64,000 bases of DNA from a virus (lineage: Duplodnaviria; Caudoviricetes): the IMG/VR virus record IMGVR_UViG_3300027804_000071, positions 913 to 64,912 of that record; one strand, 5' to 3'. The position numbers and the translations under genes were made by a program. The notes under the pieces were generated by a model. The model saw only the letters and a program-made list of their open reading frames with translations. It had not been told where the DNA came from and did no database searches. Below, piece after piece: positions 54,246-64,000 of this stretch (positions are counted from its first letter, which is position 1; every line of letters begins with the position of its first letter).

Positions 54246-55793
54246 ATGTCATTCGTAGCCGCAGCAACCTCAGTTGGAGCAGCAGTTTTAGGTACTGGCG
54301 CAGCAGCTGGTATTGGATCCACTATAGTTGGTGGAGCGCTTATTGGTGCTGGTGTGGGCGGTGCTTACAGTGCTATTACAGGTGACGGCAAGATTCTTGA
54401 CAGTATGTTAACGGGAGCAGGTATTGGCGGTCTAGCTGGCGGTATAGGTGGCGCAATGTTCCCAGGAGCTGCTGGTTATGCAGCACCAGCAAGTGGAACA
54501 TTAGGAACCGCAGCAGAGTCAGCAATTGCATCAAATACTCCAGCAGTTGCAGCAACATCAAACATTAACCCAGCCACAGGATTAAGCTGGGAATCCACAG
54601 GAAGCGGTCTAAGTGGTGGCGCTGGATCTACTGCTACTGACCCAAGCTGGTGGAGTTCTTTATCTGGCGGAGAAAAGCTAGGTTACGGATTGGGTGCAAC
54701 AACTTTATTAGGTTTGCTAGGTGGACAGCCAGAAGGTGTCAATGCTCCTAGCGATAAAGGCATGATTCGTCCTTACGAATATGCTTCATCTAAGCGTGAG
54801 CCAGAATCTGGTAAGTCTTATTATTTTGAGCCTATTGAATATGACCAATATGGTAAGACTACAAAACCGATTGATACATCTGAGCGTAACTACTTTAATC
54901 AAAAGTTCACTCCATTGCCAACTTATAAGGCGGCTTTGGGCGGTCAGGTTCCACAGTTAAACAATATGCCAGCGGGTGGTTTATCTGCAATTCAGGGCAT
55001 GCGTGAAGGTTACTCTCCAATGACAACAAGGGATGGCAACATTCCTCAGTTTGCTAATGGCGGTCAAATGCCTAGCAATAAGATACTTGATCAGATGCAG
55101 CAAATGAAGTTTGAAAGAGATATGCCAGACAATTTAAGAGATTTTACTCGTGCCAAACGCATGGGAATTTTAGAGGGAACAATGGCTGGTGACGAACAAG
55201 CTAAAGCAATGGGGTATAAACCTCAAGACTTTATGTTTTCCCCACAAGTAAGCCCAGATGGTAAAAACATGAGTGCATTGGCCACAGTTAATAAAGAATT
55301 GACCGATGACACAGAGATGAAGTTGATGGCTTTGGGATATAAGAACCCAGAGAAATCAGGGATTGCAAGATATGGCGCTGGCGTAACTCACAAATTAGAC
55401 AAGGATTCAGACATTTCTGGTTACTTTGAGCAGTCTCCAGGTGGACGAGATAAGTCTTATGGCGCTAAGTATTCAAAGAGATTTAACACGGGCGGTATGA
55501 CTGAAGGTGACTTAGGCGGTTATTCTGATGGTGGCCGTTTGTTGCGTGGTCCTGGTGATGGCGTATCTGATGACATCCCAGCAACCATTAACGATAAACA
55601 GCCAGCTCGTTTAGCGGATGGTGAATTTGTTATCCCAGCCAGAATTGTTTCAGAAATTGGTAATGGTTCTACAGATGCAGGTGCAAAGCGTTTGTACGCT
55701 ATGATGGATAAGATTCAAGCTGGTCGCAAGAAGACTGTAGGCAAAGGTAAGGTTGCGGTTGATACTAAGGCTAAGAAGCATTTGCTTGCATGA
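54246..55793 (+). CDS. DNA ejection/pilot protein
   Basis: Gly/Ala-rich hydrophobic N-terminus; GPGDGVSDDIPA...LADGEFVIPA C-terminus. Confidence 0.65.
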   Translation: MSFVAAATSVGAAVLGTGAAAGIGSTIVGGALIGAGVGGAYSAITGDGKILDSMLTGAGIGGLAGGIGGAMFPGAAGYAAPASGTLGTAAESAIASNTPAVAATSNINPATGLSWESTGSGLSGGAGSTATDPSWWSSLSGGEKLGYGLGATTLLGLLGGQPEGVNAPSDKGMIRPYEYASSKREPESGKSYYFEPIEYDQYGKTTKPIDTSERNYFNQKFTPLPTYKAALGGQVPQLNNMPAGGLSAIQGMREGYSPMTTRDGNIPQFANGGQMPSNKILDQMQQMKFERDMPDNLRDFTRAKRMGILEGTMAGDEQAKAMGYKPQDFMFSPQVSPDGKNMSALATVNKELTDDTEMKLMALGYKNPEKSGIARYGAGVTHKLDKDSDISGYFEQSPGGRDKSYGAKYSKRFNTGGMTEGDLGGYSDGGRLLRGPGDGVSDDIPATINDKQPARLADGEFVIPARIVSEIGNGSTDAGAKRLYAMMDKIQAGRKKTVGKGKVAVDTKAKKHLLA

Positions 55794-56194
55794 AATTTGA
55801 GTTAGTACCCAACGAATGGACAGCCCGTTTGTGGCCAGAAGTAGAGCAGTATGTCTCGATGGCACAAGAGTTTGCATCCGATGAGTACTCGGTTGATCAA
55901 GTAAAAACGTTGGTACTAACAGGTGTTTGGAATTTGTTAGTGGCAACAGAAGAGAATAAGTTAGTTGGTGCAGTTATATTAGCTGTAACCAATAGACCTA
56001 ACGATAGAGTTGCTTTTATTGTTACGATGGGCGGTAAAAACATATTGAACGCTGATGGCATTAATCAAATTAAAGAGATTGCCGTTAGATTGGGTGCAAC
56101 AGTTTTAGAAGGCGCTGTTAGAGAAAGTGTTGCAAGATTGGCTATAAAGGCTGGTTTTACAGAAAAGTGCAAATTGATAGAGGTTAAGTTATGA
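55790..56194 (+). CDS. Hypothetical protein (possible GNAT fold)
   Basis: Between ejection genes; predicted alternating beta/alpha pattern; weak call. Confidence 0.4.
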   Translation: MKFELVPNEWTARLWPEVEQYVSMAQEFASDEYSVDQVKTLVLTGVWNLLVATEENKLVGAVILAVTNRPNDRVAFIVTMGGKNILNADGINQIKEIAVRLGATVLEGAVRESVARLAIKAGFTEKCKLIEVKL

Positions 56195-58206
56195 GCAAAA
56201 TTATTGGCGGTCTTTTTGGTGGTGGCGGTGGTGGTGGCGGCAGTAGCGCGCCTACCAATCAGACCATTACTCAAACATCTATTCCAGAATACGCACGCCC
56301 ATATGTAGAAAGCATGTTGGGTAAGTCAGCTGCTCTGACAGATATTAACGCTAACCCATATCAATCCTATGGTGGTCAAAGAATCCAAGGCTTTACACCA
56401 ATGCAGGAGAGAGCGTTCCAAAACTATGCAACACAACAAATTGCTCCAGAACTTGGTGCTGGTTCAAATATGGCTGCCTTGTCTGGTTTAGGTTCATTGA
56501 CTGCTGGCAGCGATTATATGCGTATGGCATCTGATCCAAGATCCATGCAGTCATTTATGTCCCCATACATGCAGAATGTGGTTGACTTGCAAAAGCAAGA
56601 AGCTACCCGTGATTATGAAAAAGGTCTAGGTGCGTTAAATGCTAAAGCTGTAGGATCAGGTGCTTTTGGTGGTACTCGTGCATCATTGGAGCGTGCTGAG
56701 GCTGGCCGTAACTTAGGCACAACTTTAGCTAACATTCAGGCTACTGGTTCACAGAACGCATTTGACAAGGCACAGCAAGCACAACAGTTTGGCTCTACCC
56801 TAGGATTACAAGGTTACGGTCAAGGAATACAGGCCGCATCTACATTAGGACAGCTTGGTCAAACAAGGTACGGCCAAGAAATGGGTATTAGTGATGCTAT
56901 TGCTCGAGCTGGTGCAGTGCAACAAGCTCAAGGTCAACAAGGTTTGGACTTGGCTTATCAAGACTTTACACAGCAAAAGAACTATCCATACCAACAGTTG
57001 GCGTTCCAGTCAGACATGCTACGTGGATTGCCGCTATCTCAGTCTTCACAGCAAATGTACTCTGCTGCACCAAGTACGATGTCTCAGTTAGGCGGCTTGG
57101 GAACTACTGCTTTGGGTATTTACGGTATGTCTGGTGGCTTCAAGAAAGATGGTGGAGTAATCAAAGGCTACAAAAACGGTGGTCAGATTGGCTACTTAGA
57201 TGGTGGCGAAGTAGAGATGATGACTACTGAACAATTAGAGAAATTGTTAGCAAGCCCTAACCTGAACCCTCTAGAAGTAGCAATGATTCAAAAAGCTTTG
57301 ATGGAACGTAAGCGTATGGCTAGTAATCCACAGGCTCAAGAAATGATGGCTCGTTCTGGTATTGGAGCTATATCAACAGGTGATATGGTTCCTGAAGAAA
57401 TGACCATGGCTGCTAATGGTGGAATCATTGCTTTTGCGAATGGTAACGAAGTAAAAAAGCCTGAAGGGTATGCTGACTACCGTGAAATCATTAAAAAGAG
57501 ATTAGAGGCTCTAGATTCAGGTACTGACCCTTTTGCTAAATCTTCAGCATTGCAAGAAGAGTATGCCAAAGGTATTGAAGACCGTAGAGCTATTGCCCCA
57601 TGGCAAGCTGTTACACAAGCTGGTCTTGCAATGATGGCTGGAACATCCCCTAATGCGTTAACTAACATTGGTGCTGGTGGCGCTGAAGGCTTTAAGTCAT
57701 ACGCAAGAAGCTCTGCTGAAGAAGCAGCTGACCGTAAGCTCATGTTGCAACAACAGGTTGAGGCTGAAAAGTCTAAGTATGCCCGTGATATGGGTAACTT
57801 AAGCACACTTATTACTGCTCAAGGCCAGTTAGATGCCAAAGAAATTGCTGCCTTAAACCGTAAGTCTACTGATGCCAATACAGCCGCGGTTAAAGAGGCA
57901 GCCATTGCAGAGCGTGCAGATAAGAACTTCCGTGATGCAGTTACAAAGTTCCAAAATCTTCTTATTCAAGACGAAGTTAAGAAGTTTGACTATGAACGCA
58001 ATCCTTACAAGTTGCAGAAGGATGCTTACAAAAACGCTTATAAATCTACGTCACCAGCAACTCGTAAATTACTTGAATTAAAAGATCCAGATGAGCTTTA
58101 CCCAGAGCAAAATTCAGGTGATAATAAGGGAAGTAAACCAGCTTCTACTGCATCGGGGGGGAGGTCAAGTCCTCCACCACCGCCTGGATTCAAAGTCCAA
58201 CCGTAG
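56191..58206 (+). CDS. DNA ejection protein
   Basis: IPEYARPY, FMSPYMQNVV, AFGGTR, Q/G/A-rich; repeated [FYA]xxGG motifs. Confidence 0.7.
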   Translation: MSKIIGGLFGGGGGGGGSSAPTNQTITQTSIPEYARPYVESMLGKSAALTDINANPYQSYGGQRIQGFTPMQERAFQNYATQQIAPELGAGSNMAALSGLGSLTAGSDYMRMASDPRSMQSFMSPYMQNVVDLQKQEATRDYEKGLGALNAKAVGSGAFGGTRASLERAEAGRNLGTTLANIQATGSQNAFDKAQQAQQFGSTLGLQGYGQGIQAASTLGQLGQTRYGQEMGISDAIARAGAVQQAQGQQGLDLAYQDFTQQKNYPYQQLAFQSDMLRGLPLSQSSQQMYSAAPSTMSQLGGLGTTALGIYGMSGGFKKDGGVIKGYKNGGQIGYLDGGEVEMMTTEQLEKLLASPNLNPLEVAMIQKALMERKRMASNPQAQEMMARSGIGAISTGDMVPEEMTMAANGGIIAFANGNEVKKPEGYADYREIIKKRLEALDSGTDPFAKSSALQEEYAKGIEDRRAIAPWQAVTQAGLAMMAGTSPNALTNIGAGGAEGFKSYARSSAEEAADRKLMLQQQVEAEKSKYARDMGNLSTLITAQGQLDAKEIAALNRKSTDANTAAVKEAAIAERADKNFRDAVTKFQNLLIQDEVKKFDYERNPYKLQKDAYKNAYKSTSPATRKLLELKDPDELYPEQNSGDNKGSKPASTASGGRSSPPPPPGFKVQP

Positions 58207-58235
58207 TTTAAGGGAGCTAACAATTCGGAGATAAC

Positions 58236-61200
58236 ATGAAGCAAGCGGTAAACCCACAAACAGGTGAAGTAGTATTCCTAGTTAACAATGAGTGGGTAAG
58301 CCCCTTGCAGACTGCGACCAACGAAGCTGGCGAAAAGGCTTTCCTAGTCAATAACCAGTGGTATGTTCCACCTGTCCCTACTGCTCCCACCTTATCTCCT
58401 GAAGAGCAGGTCATGTCATCGATTGGTGCTGACACGACTGGGGGTATTCAAGCATCTGATTACGGTAAGTTATTTGGCGCTGGTGCTGTCAAAGGCACTC
58501 TTGGCGCACCTGAAGCTGTTATTGCTGGTACATCTGGTATCTCTAGAGATACAACTACCAAACCTACAGAAATCCTTAATTACTTAGCAGACCCACGTAA
58601 GCTGGCCAATGACCTTGCCCAGGCTGTTCGTTTGCCTAAGATATTTGAAGATGATGCCAAAGTAGGTATTGTTCCTGAAAAGACTGTGGCAAAGCAGAAG
58701 GCTGCGGTTGATGAGGCATTGACCAAAGGTAAGCTACAGTCCCTTCGTGACCTTACAGAATACGGTAGCAAGATTTCTTCTCAGATTGAAGACAGCGTAA
58801 CGCCTGAAATGAAACAGGCTTTGGCTGACTCACAGCCTACAGGTAACATCATTGAGGCTTTCCAGACTGGAGACTTCAGCAAGATTAGTCTAGGTTCAGC
58901 ACCAAGCGTTGCTGGTATTGCTGGTCAAGCATCTAAGGTATTCGGTAGTACAGCCCCATCATTATTGATTGCCGTAGCATCTAAGAGTCCTACAGTTGGT
59001 GGTATTGCTGGCTTTGGACAGGCTGGTTCAGAGGGTGTTGAGACTGCCCGTGAACACATCAAAGCCATGTCTAACGAAGATTTGGCTAAGAATTCAGAGT
59101 ATTTCCGCAACCTATTGGTTATGGGATATACGCCAGAGATGGCCAGAAGAATGACCGAAGACAAGGCTGCCGACACAGCTGCCTACTACCAAGGTGTGGT
59201 TGGTGCGTTAGGTACTACCTTTACAGCTAATCTACTTAAGGGTAAGTTTGACGATGCATTGATCAAGAGTGCCTCCACACGTTTAGGCAGGATAGCCAAG
59301 GGTACTGCGGTTGGTATGACCGAAGAAGGATTGCAAGAGCTTGCTGAAGGCGTGGCAACAGACCTAGGTATTGACAGAACAGTTGTTCGTGAATTGGGTG
59401 TTGACTCATTTGCCAACGTTGTTTTAGGTGCTATTGGTGGTGGCGTTCCAGGCGGTGTGCGTGGTGCTATTGCCAGAGACAAGACAGAAGTACCTCCTGC
59501 TCCACCAGAAGTTGCTCCTACTGTAACACCTGTTACACCTGAAGCTACTCCGTCAGCTGCACCAGTTGCGGCTGTTCCTCCTGTGCCACCAGCACCAGTT
59601 AGTGGTGCTATCAGTGAGACAGAGTTAGAGACTGCTGAAGAACCTACTGCCCCTGTAGCAGCCAAGCCTAGCGAGGCAATGGTCGCAATCGTTGATGAAG
59701 ATGGCAATGTCACCGATGAGGTAGACAAGGTTAATCTCAATGACCTTTATGAAGAAGACGGCAAGATATATGTTCGTGGTGAGTTCTATGACCATGACCT
59801 AATGTCAGTATTGGCAGACCTTAAAGACGAAGGCCAAAAGATGGAATTGGTCAAGCGTGCAGAGAACTTAATGCCGACTCAGGCAGCTGAAGAAGAGGTA
59901 GTCAAAACTACAGCTGAACCATCAGAGGCTCAAAAGAACCTTGATGAGTTTTTATCTCAAGACAAAGATGAAACTATCAAGAAAATTGCAGAAGGTAATA
60001 ACGTTGATTTAAAACTTGCTGAACAAGCATATGAAGCAGAAAAAGAATTTAGAGAGGCCAAGGCTAAGTATTACACGCCACAGTTGATCAACAGCCCTGA
60101 ATTAAAAGCTGCCCAAAAGAAACATACCGTATTCTTTAATAAACTCCGTCAAACAGGTAAAAAGGCAAAGGCTGTACCAGTAGTTGCTGAACCTGAGGAA
60201 GAAAGAGTACTTACACGCGATGAAATAGATGCAAAATATGCTGGTGCATCTAAGCAAGTAGACCGAATTAAAGAACTTTCTAATATTGGCGATGAAGACA
60301 GGACAGATGAGGAAGATGATTTCCTTGATGCTGCTCACCGTGAGCTAAATAGAACTGCTGAAAGAATATCAGGACCTCCAAGAAAAAAAGGTTATGTATC
60401 TTCTGGCAATATTGATGTTAATCAGTTTGGCAATAAGTGGGTTGCTGGATCAACTTACATGGGAACTACTGGTGGCTATGGTCTAGGTGTTAGCTATGAC
60501 AGCGACCAATTTGATTCTCGTGAAGAGGCTATCAACGCAGAGATTGACAAGATGCGTCCATATGCTCAATCGCAAAAGGATGCTATCACTCTGAAATGGC
60601 TTGACTCTATTGACTCACGCATTGAAGCAGAAGCTCCTAAGAAAGCTCAGACCAAAGAAGAAAAGGCTGAGGCTAACCGTAAGCGCCAGGAAGAAAAGAA
60701 AGCCAAGGCAGCTGAAGAAAAGGCCGCTACCAAAAAGCAAGAAAAAGAAGACTTTGATCGTGAGATGGATGAGCGCCGACAAAGAGAAGAGAATCAGAGA
60801 AAGAAAACAGCAGAAGAATCTAAACGCAGAAAAGAAATTGAGTCTTTAAAATTAACTAAATTTGAAGACGATACTGGTATCCCTCCGCGTGATCTAAAAG
60901 AAGCAAATGCCTTAGTAGATGAGACCGAAGAAGAGTACGGCGATGCAGCAAGAAACTACATTAAGACTGGCGAAGGTAAAGATTTAGTTGAAAAAGCCCG
61001 TGCTAAACACGATGCGGCTATTAAAGAATTCAACAAAACTGTTCGTGAAATCCGTGGCGAAGAGCAAGTTGAAGACGAAGAAGAGGCTGATGAAAAAGGC
61101 AACTACACCATAGACAAGGACTCTAAGTCAGAAATTATTGAGGGTGTTGATGGTCGTGTAAAAATTTATGTACGTGAGATTACCGACAAAGATCCAAAGA

Positions 61201-64000
61201 ATATTGATGGCGAGTCTTTAGCTGGTAAGTGGTTGCAAACCAAAATATACAAAACTCCAGATGGTTCAAGCTATGGCCCTGGAATGACGCCAAAGTCAAC
61301 ACCTACTACTTACGACTCTAGAGAAGAGGCCATTGCATCAGCCATCAACCTCATTAAGTATTTGGACGAGAAAGAATCAAAGCGTACCAATAGATCTAGT
61401 GATACAGAGGTACTTGAGTTCTTAGATACTCTTCAACCTAAGGCTGAAGAAAGAATTAAAGAAGCCCACATTGAAGGCAACAAGTCTGAACCAGTAACGA
61501 CCAAGACTATTGAAGAAGCTATTGATAAGGCTGAGACAAAGGTTGATTACAAGAAAATCAAGCAGGCTGTTAAGAATCAATTTGATCAAGCTATCAAACG
61601 TGCCACCATTAAAACTGAGAAAGATTGGAACGCATCTACTGTTGATGAAAACAGCTATGTAACTATTTCAATTCCAGGTGATGGCAAGTTTAAGGTTAAG
61701 AACAACGTAGAACGCCTTACAGAGTTGCAAACAAAGATAATTAATGCTGTAGAACCAAAAGGACCCAAGAAAACGACTGGCGTTACATCTGGTACTTTGG
61801 AAGCATTTAAAGCCATGGTTGATGAAAGTGACATGGAAAATGCTATTGAGTATGCAAAACTCAAAGGCCTTGACATTAAAGAGGCAAAGTTAAGTCCAAA
61901 ACAACGATCTACTGTTGATAGTTATCTTAAAAATCCAGCAGAGTTTGAGCGTCAGAAAGAAGAAGCGGAGTCTTTAGAATCAGCAAGAGCTGAGGCTTTA
62001 CGCAGAGATCAAGAGAAACGTATTGCTGAAAGACTTGCGGAAGATGAAAAGCGTGAGGAAAAAGCTAGGTTTGATGCCGTCCTTGATACAACAATAAGAT
62101 CTACAGAATCTCAACTTAAACGAGATATTGCTGCAAAGAAAATATCTTTAGCTGACGCTAGAGCAATGCTGGAGGTATTCCCTAGGTATCCAGAAGGTAC
62201 AGTAAAGCCATACACAATTCGCCTTATTGAAAAACGTGCTGGTGCTGAACCGTCATTTAAGAAACTACGCAAAACTGAAACAGAAGATGGATATAAGATA
62301 CAAAATCCATTAATGGTTGGTCTAGTAGATGATGGCTATGAGATGCTTGACCTCAGAAATCCTCGTACTTATGTAGATAAAAACGGTACACCACATAGAA
62401 CATTTGAAAAGAATGGTGTACGTATTGCATTGACTGCTGGTGAGAAACTATTCCAAACAGCTGGAAAAGAAAATCAGGCTCCTCAAACTGGAATTGGTAA
62501 TGACAATGATGTTCACTTTAACGCGTTGTTAGTTGATCCAGAGATTCGCAAACAAGGTAAAGCAAAGAAAGCAATTAATGATGTTACTTTCCTAGCAGAT
62601 AAGAACAAACTTACTGTTTATCTTGAGCCAGTTCAACTTGAAGATGGCGGAATGTCTAAAGATCAGCTATCTAAGTTATATGCTGAATTCCAATTCAAGC
62701 CTACCAATGAATCTGGTAAGGTCATGAAACGTGAGCCAGAGTCTTATGAAGAGACAATGGCAAGAGTCAATGCAAAGATGGAAGCAGAGGGTCGTGAGTC
62801 TGAATACTCAAGACTAGCAAGAGAACTTGCAGAATTAAAAGCTAAGGCTCAACCAGAAGCCATTCTGACTCCGCCTCAACAAAAGATACTTGAAAAAGAA
62901 GTAGATAAGCTATCTGATAGTGAGATTGCTACTCTTGAACAGCACTATGGCGTAGACAACTATTCTCTAACATTCTTAAAGAAAGTTCGTGAAGATGCCG
63001 TCAAGTACATCAATGATGGTGCTAATGCTGTTGATAAAGCCGTCCGTAGCATTATCTCTAAGATTGCAGCTGCAATCCTTTCAGTAGCTATCGTATTCAA
63101 CCCTAACTACATGAGCGATGCATCAGCTGTTGTATTGCCACAGGTAGTAACTCAGGTTGTCCAGGCGGAAGTTCCGACCGAAGCCAAGGGAATGTCTGAG
63201 TCTGGCAAGAAGGCATACGCTACTTTGTATCCAGCAATCAAGCAAGAGTTGCAAAAAAACAACAAGTATTTCACTGTTGTTGATAAGCCTACGTCTAAGG
63301 TCTATGTATTCAACCCAGACGGTTCTTTGATGACTCAAAGCACTGTGTTATTGGGTAAGGCTTTTGGTGACACCTATGTTGGCAAGACTGACTTCAAGGG
63401 TAACCGTATTACCCCAGCTGGTTTGTTCAAGCCTAAGGCGGAAAAAGGCAGTGCAACCTATGACGGCAAGACTGTATACACCCTAGAGAATGTGAAAGAG
63501 GGCTGGAACGCTGTGTTCATGCACACCGTTTACCTCAAGGAATCAGATGCCAAGGATCGTTTGAAGGCACTAGAGACTGGTGAAGGTACTCGTTTATCTT
63601 ATGGCTGTATAAATGGCCCGACTGCATTGATGGAGAAGATTGATAACGAGAGCATGAATGAGTCACACATATTCATTGTTCCTGACAATCAAGCTGCAAC
63701 TGATGACTACATTGCTAACCGTGTATCTAACGAAGATTTGACACGTGAGACAGTAACACCTGTTACTAAGAAGGTTCCTGCCCCACGTGCTAAGACCATG
63801 ACTGAGCAAGAAGTGTTTGGTCGTGAGGAAGAGTTAGCTTTAGCACCACGTAAGACTCAGGCTGAGATCAACCGTGACCGTCAGCAAGCTAGAAAAGCCG
63901 CATCAACAAGCGAAGACAAGGGTATTTTCTTTGGTAACTTCACTGGCGAAATGTCTGAAGCAGACAAGAAAGCCATGCGTGAAGAGATTAGAGAAGAAAA
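58236..64000 (+). CDS. Giant polyvalent/ejection protein, N-terminal part (>1920 aa, runs off the window); GNAT and YkuD-like L,D-transpeptidase domains
   Basis: RBS GGAG, ATG 58236. Absent from the track because no stop lies in the window; spot translations at the start, middle and end are all in one frame. RKQGKA at 62547; MH (63519-63524) and SYGCIN (63597-63614). Confidence 0.75.
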   Translation, partial: MKQAVNPQTGEVVFLVNNEWVSPLQTATNEAGEKAFLVNNQWYVPPVPTAPTLSPEEQVMSSIGADTTGGIQASDYGKLFGAGAVKGTLGAPEAVIAGTSGISRDTTTKPTEILNYLADPRKLANDLAQAVRLPKIFEDDAKVGIVPEKTVAKQKAAVDEALTKGKLQSLRDLTEYGSKISSQIEDSVTPEMKQALADSQPTGNIIEAFQTGDFSKISLGSAPSVAGIAGQASKVFGSTAPSLLIAVASKSPTVGGIAGFGQAGSEGVETAREHIKAMSNEDLAKNSEYFRNLLVMGYTPEMARRMTEDKAADTAAYYQGVVGALGTTFTANLLKGKFDDALIKSASTRLGRIAKGTAVGMTEEGLQELAEGVATDLGIDRTVVRELGVDSFANVVLGAIGGGVPGGVRGAIARDKTEVPPAPPEVAPTVTPVTPEATPSAAPVAAVPPVPPAPVSGAISETELETAEEPTAPVAAKPSEAMVAIVDEDGNVTDEVDKVNLNDLYEEDGKIYVRGEFYDHDLMSVLADLKDEGQKMELVKRAENLMPTQAAEEEVVKTTAEPSEAQKNLDEFLSQDKDETIKKIAEGNNVDLKLAEQAYEAEKEFREAKAKYYTPQLINSPELKAAQKKHTVFFNKLRQTGKKAKAVPVVAEPEEERVLTRDEIDAKYAGASKQVDRIKELSNIGDEDRTDEEDDFLDAAHRELNRTAERISGPPRKKGYVSSGNIDVNQFGNKWVAGSTYMGTTGGYGLGVSYDSDQFDSREEAINAEIDKMRPYAQSQKDAITLKWLDSIDSRIEAEAPKKAQTKEEKAEANRKRQEEKKAKAAEEKAATKKQEKEDFDREMDERRQREENQRKKTAEESKRRKEIESLKLTKFEDDTGIPPRDLKEANALVDETEEEYGDAARNYIKTGEGKDLVEKARAKHDAAIKEFNKTVREIRGEEQVEDEEEADEKGNYTIDKDSKSEIIEGVDGRVKIYVREITDKDPKNIDGESLAGKWLQTKIYKTPDGSSYGPGMTPKSTPTTYDSREEAIASAINLIKYLDEKESKRTNRSSDTEVLEFLDTLQPKAEERIKEAHIEGNKSEPVTTKTIEEAIDKAETKVDYKKIKQAVKNQFDQAIKRATIKTEKDWNASTVDENSYVTISIPGDGKFKVKNNVERLTELQTKIINAVEPKGPKKTTGVTSGTLEAFKAMVDESDMENAIEYAKLKGLDIKEAKLSPKQRSTVDSYLKNPAEFERQKEEAESLESARAEALRRDQEKRIAERLAEDEKREEKARFDAVLDTTIRSTESQLKRDIAAKKISLADARAMLEVFPRYPEGTVKPYTIRLIEKRAGAEPSFKKLRKTETEDGYKIQNPLMVGLVDDGYEMLDLRNPRTYVDKNGTPHRTFEKNGVRIALTAGEKLFQTAGKENQAPQTGIGNDNDVHFNALLVDPEIRKQGKAKKAINDVTFLADKNKLTVYLEPVQLEDGGMSKDQLSKLYAEFQFKPTNESGKVMKREPESYEETMARVNAKMEAEGRESEYSRLARELAELKAKAQPEAILTPPQQKILEKEVDKLSDSEIATLEQHYGVDNYSLTFLKKVREDAVKYINDGANAVDKAVRSIISKIAAAILSVAIVFNPNYMSDASAVVLPQVVTQVVQAEVPTEAKGMSESGKKAYATLYPAIKQELQKNNKYFTVVDKPTSKVYVFNPDGSLMTQSTVLLGKAFGDTYVGKTDFKGNRITPAGLFKPKAEKGSATYDGKTVYTLENVKEGWNAVFMHTVYLKESDAKDRLKALETGEGTRLSYGCINGPTALMEKIDNESMNESHIFIVPDNQAATDDYIANRVSNEDLTRETVTPVTKKVPAPRAKTMTEQEVFGREEELALAPRKTQAEINRDRQQARKAASTSEDKGIFFGNFTGEMSEADKKAMREEIREE

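Noticed and set aside
693-63338. Numerous antisense and alternate-frame ORFs in the track (e.g. 1559-1933, 16308-16736, 25354-25710, 59186-59740)
   Set aside because: They are shadows of well-supported genes on the other strand or frame, with no RBS or recognisable motifs.
3721-63770. TGTAACA-nn-TGTTACA palindromes (23402, 23696, 59522; partial at 3721 and 63752) as an operator family
   Set aside because: Most copies lie in coding sequence where they simply encode VTPVT or VTDVT, which is palindromic at the DNA level.
1-64000. tRNA, rRNA, integrase, transposase or CRISPR array
   Set aside because: None recognised by manual reading; tRNAscan-SE and HMM searches would be needed to exclude degenerate cases.

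Overview
The window is most or all of a dsDNA tailed-phage genome, probably podovirus-like: it has head-tail adaptor, nozzle and ejection proteins, and I recognised no tape measure, tail tube, integrase or DNA/RNA polymerase. It looks circularly permuted, with one giant ORF running off the right edge and another entering from the left. Layout: recombination/accessory operon (3.8-11.9 kb, +), regulatory RNA region (11.9-12.9 kb), replication operon (ParB-like, helicase, primase; 12.9-16.75 kb), leftward early operon of about 27 small genes (16.7-22.6 kb, -), packaging/head (22.9-33.9 kb), small basic proteins, neck and tail fibres (33.9-47.9 kb), lysis cassette (48-51.1 kb) and ejection proteins (51-64 kb). 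The most striking unannotated signal is an RNA layer. (1) A ~130-nt sRNA with its own sigma70 promoter and terminator (12048-12178) has a loop complementary to a 10-mer, TCAACTGCTA, that sits at the predicted +1 of three promoters and against the RBS of the first early gene; its other two loops are anti-RBS sequences. (2) The early operon contains a type I hammerhead ribozyme and two copies of a covarying structured RNA motif, each placed between a stop codon and the next RBS. Other notable items are a stand-alone mimic of the scaffold C-terminal helix and a giant ejection protein with GNAT and L,D-transpeptidase domains. All calls come from manual reading and motif recall; no database searches or folding programs were run.
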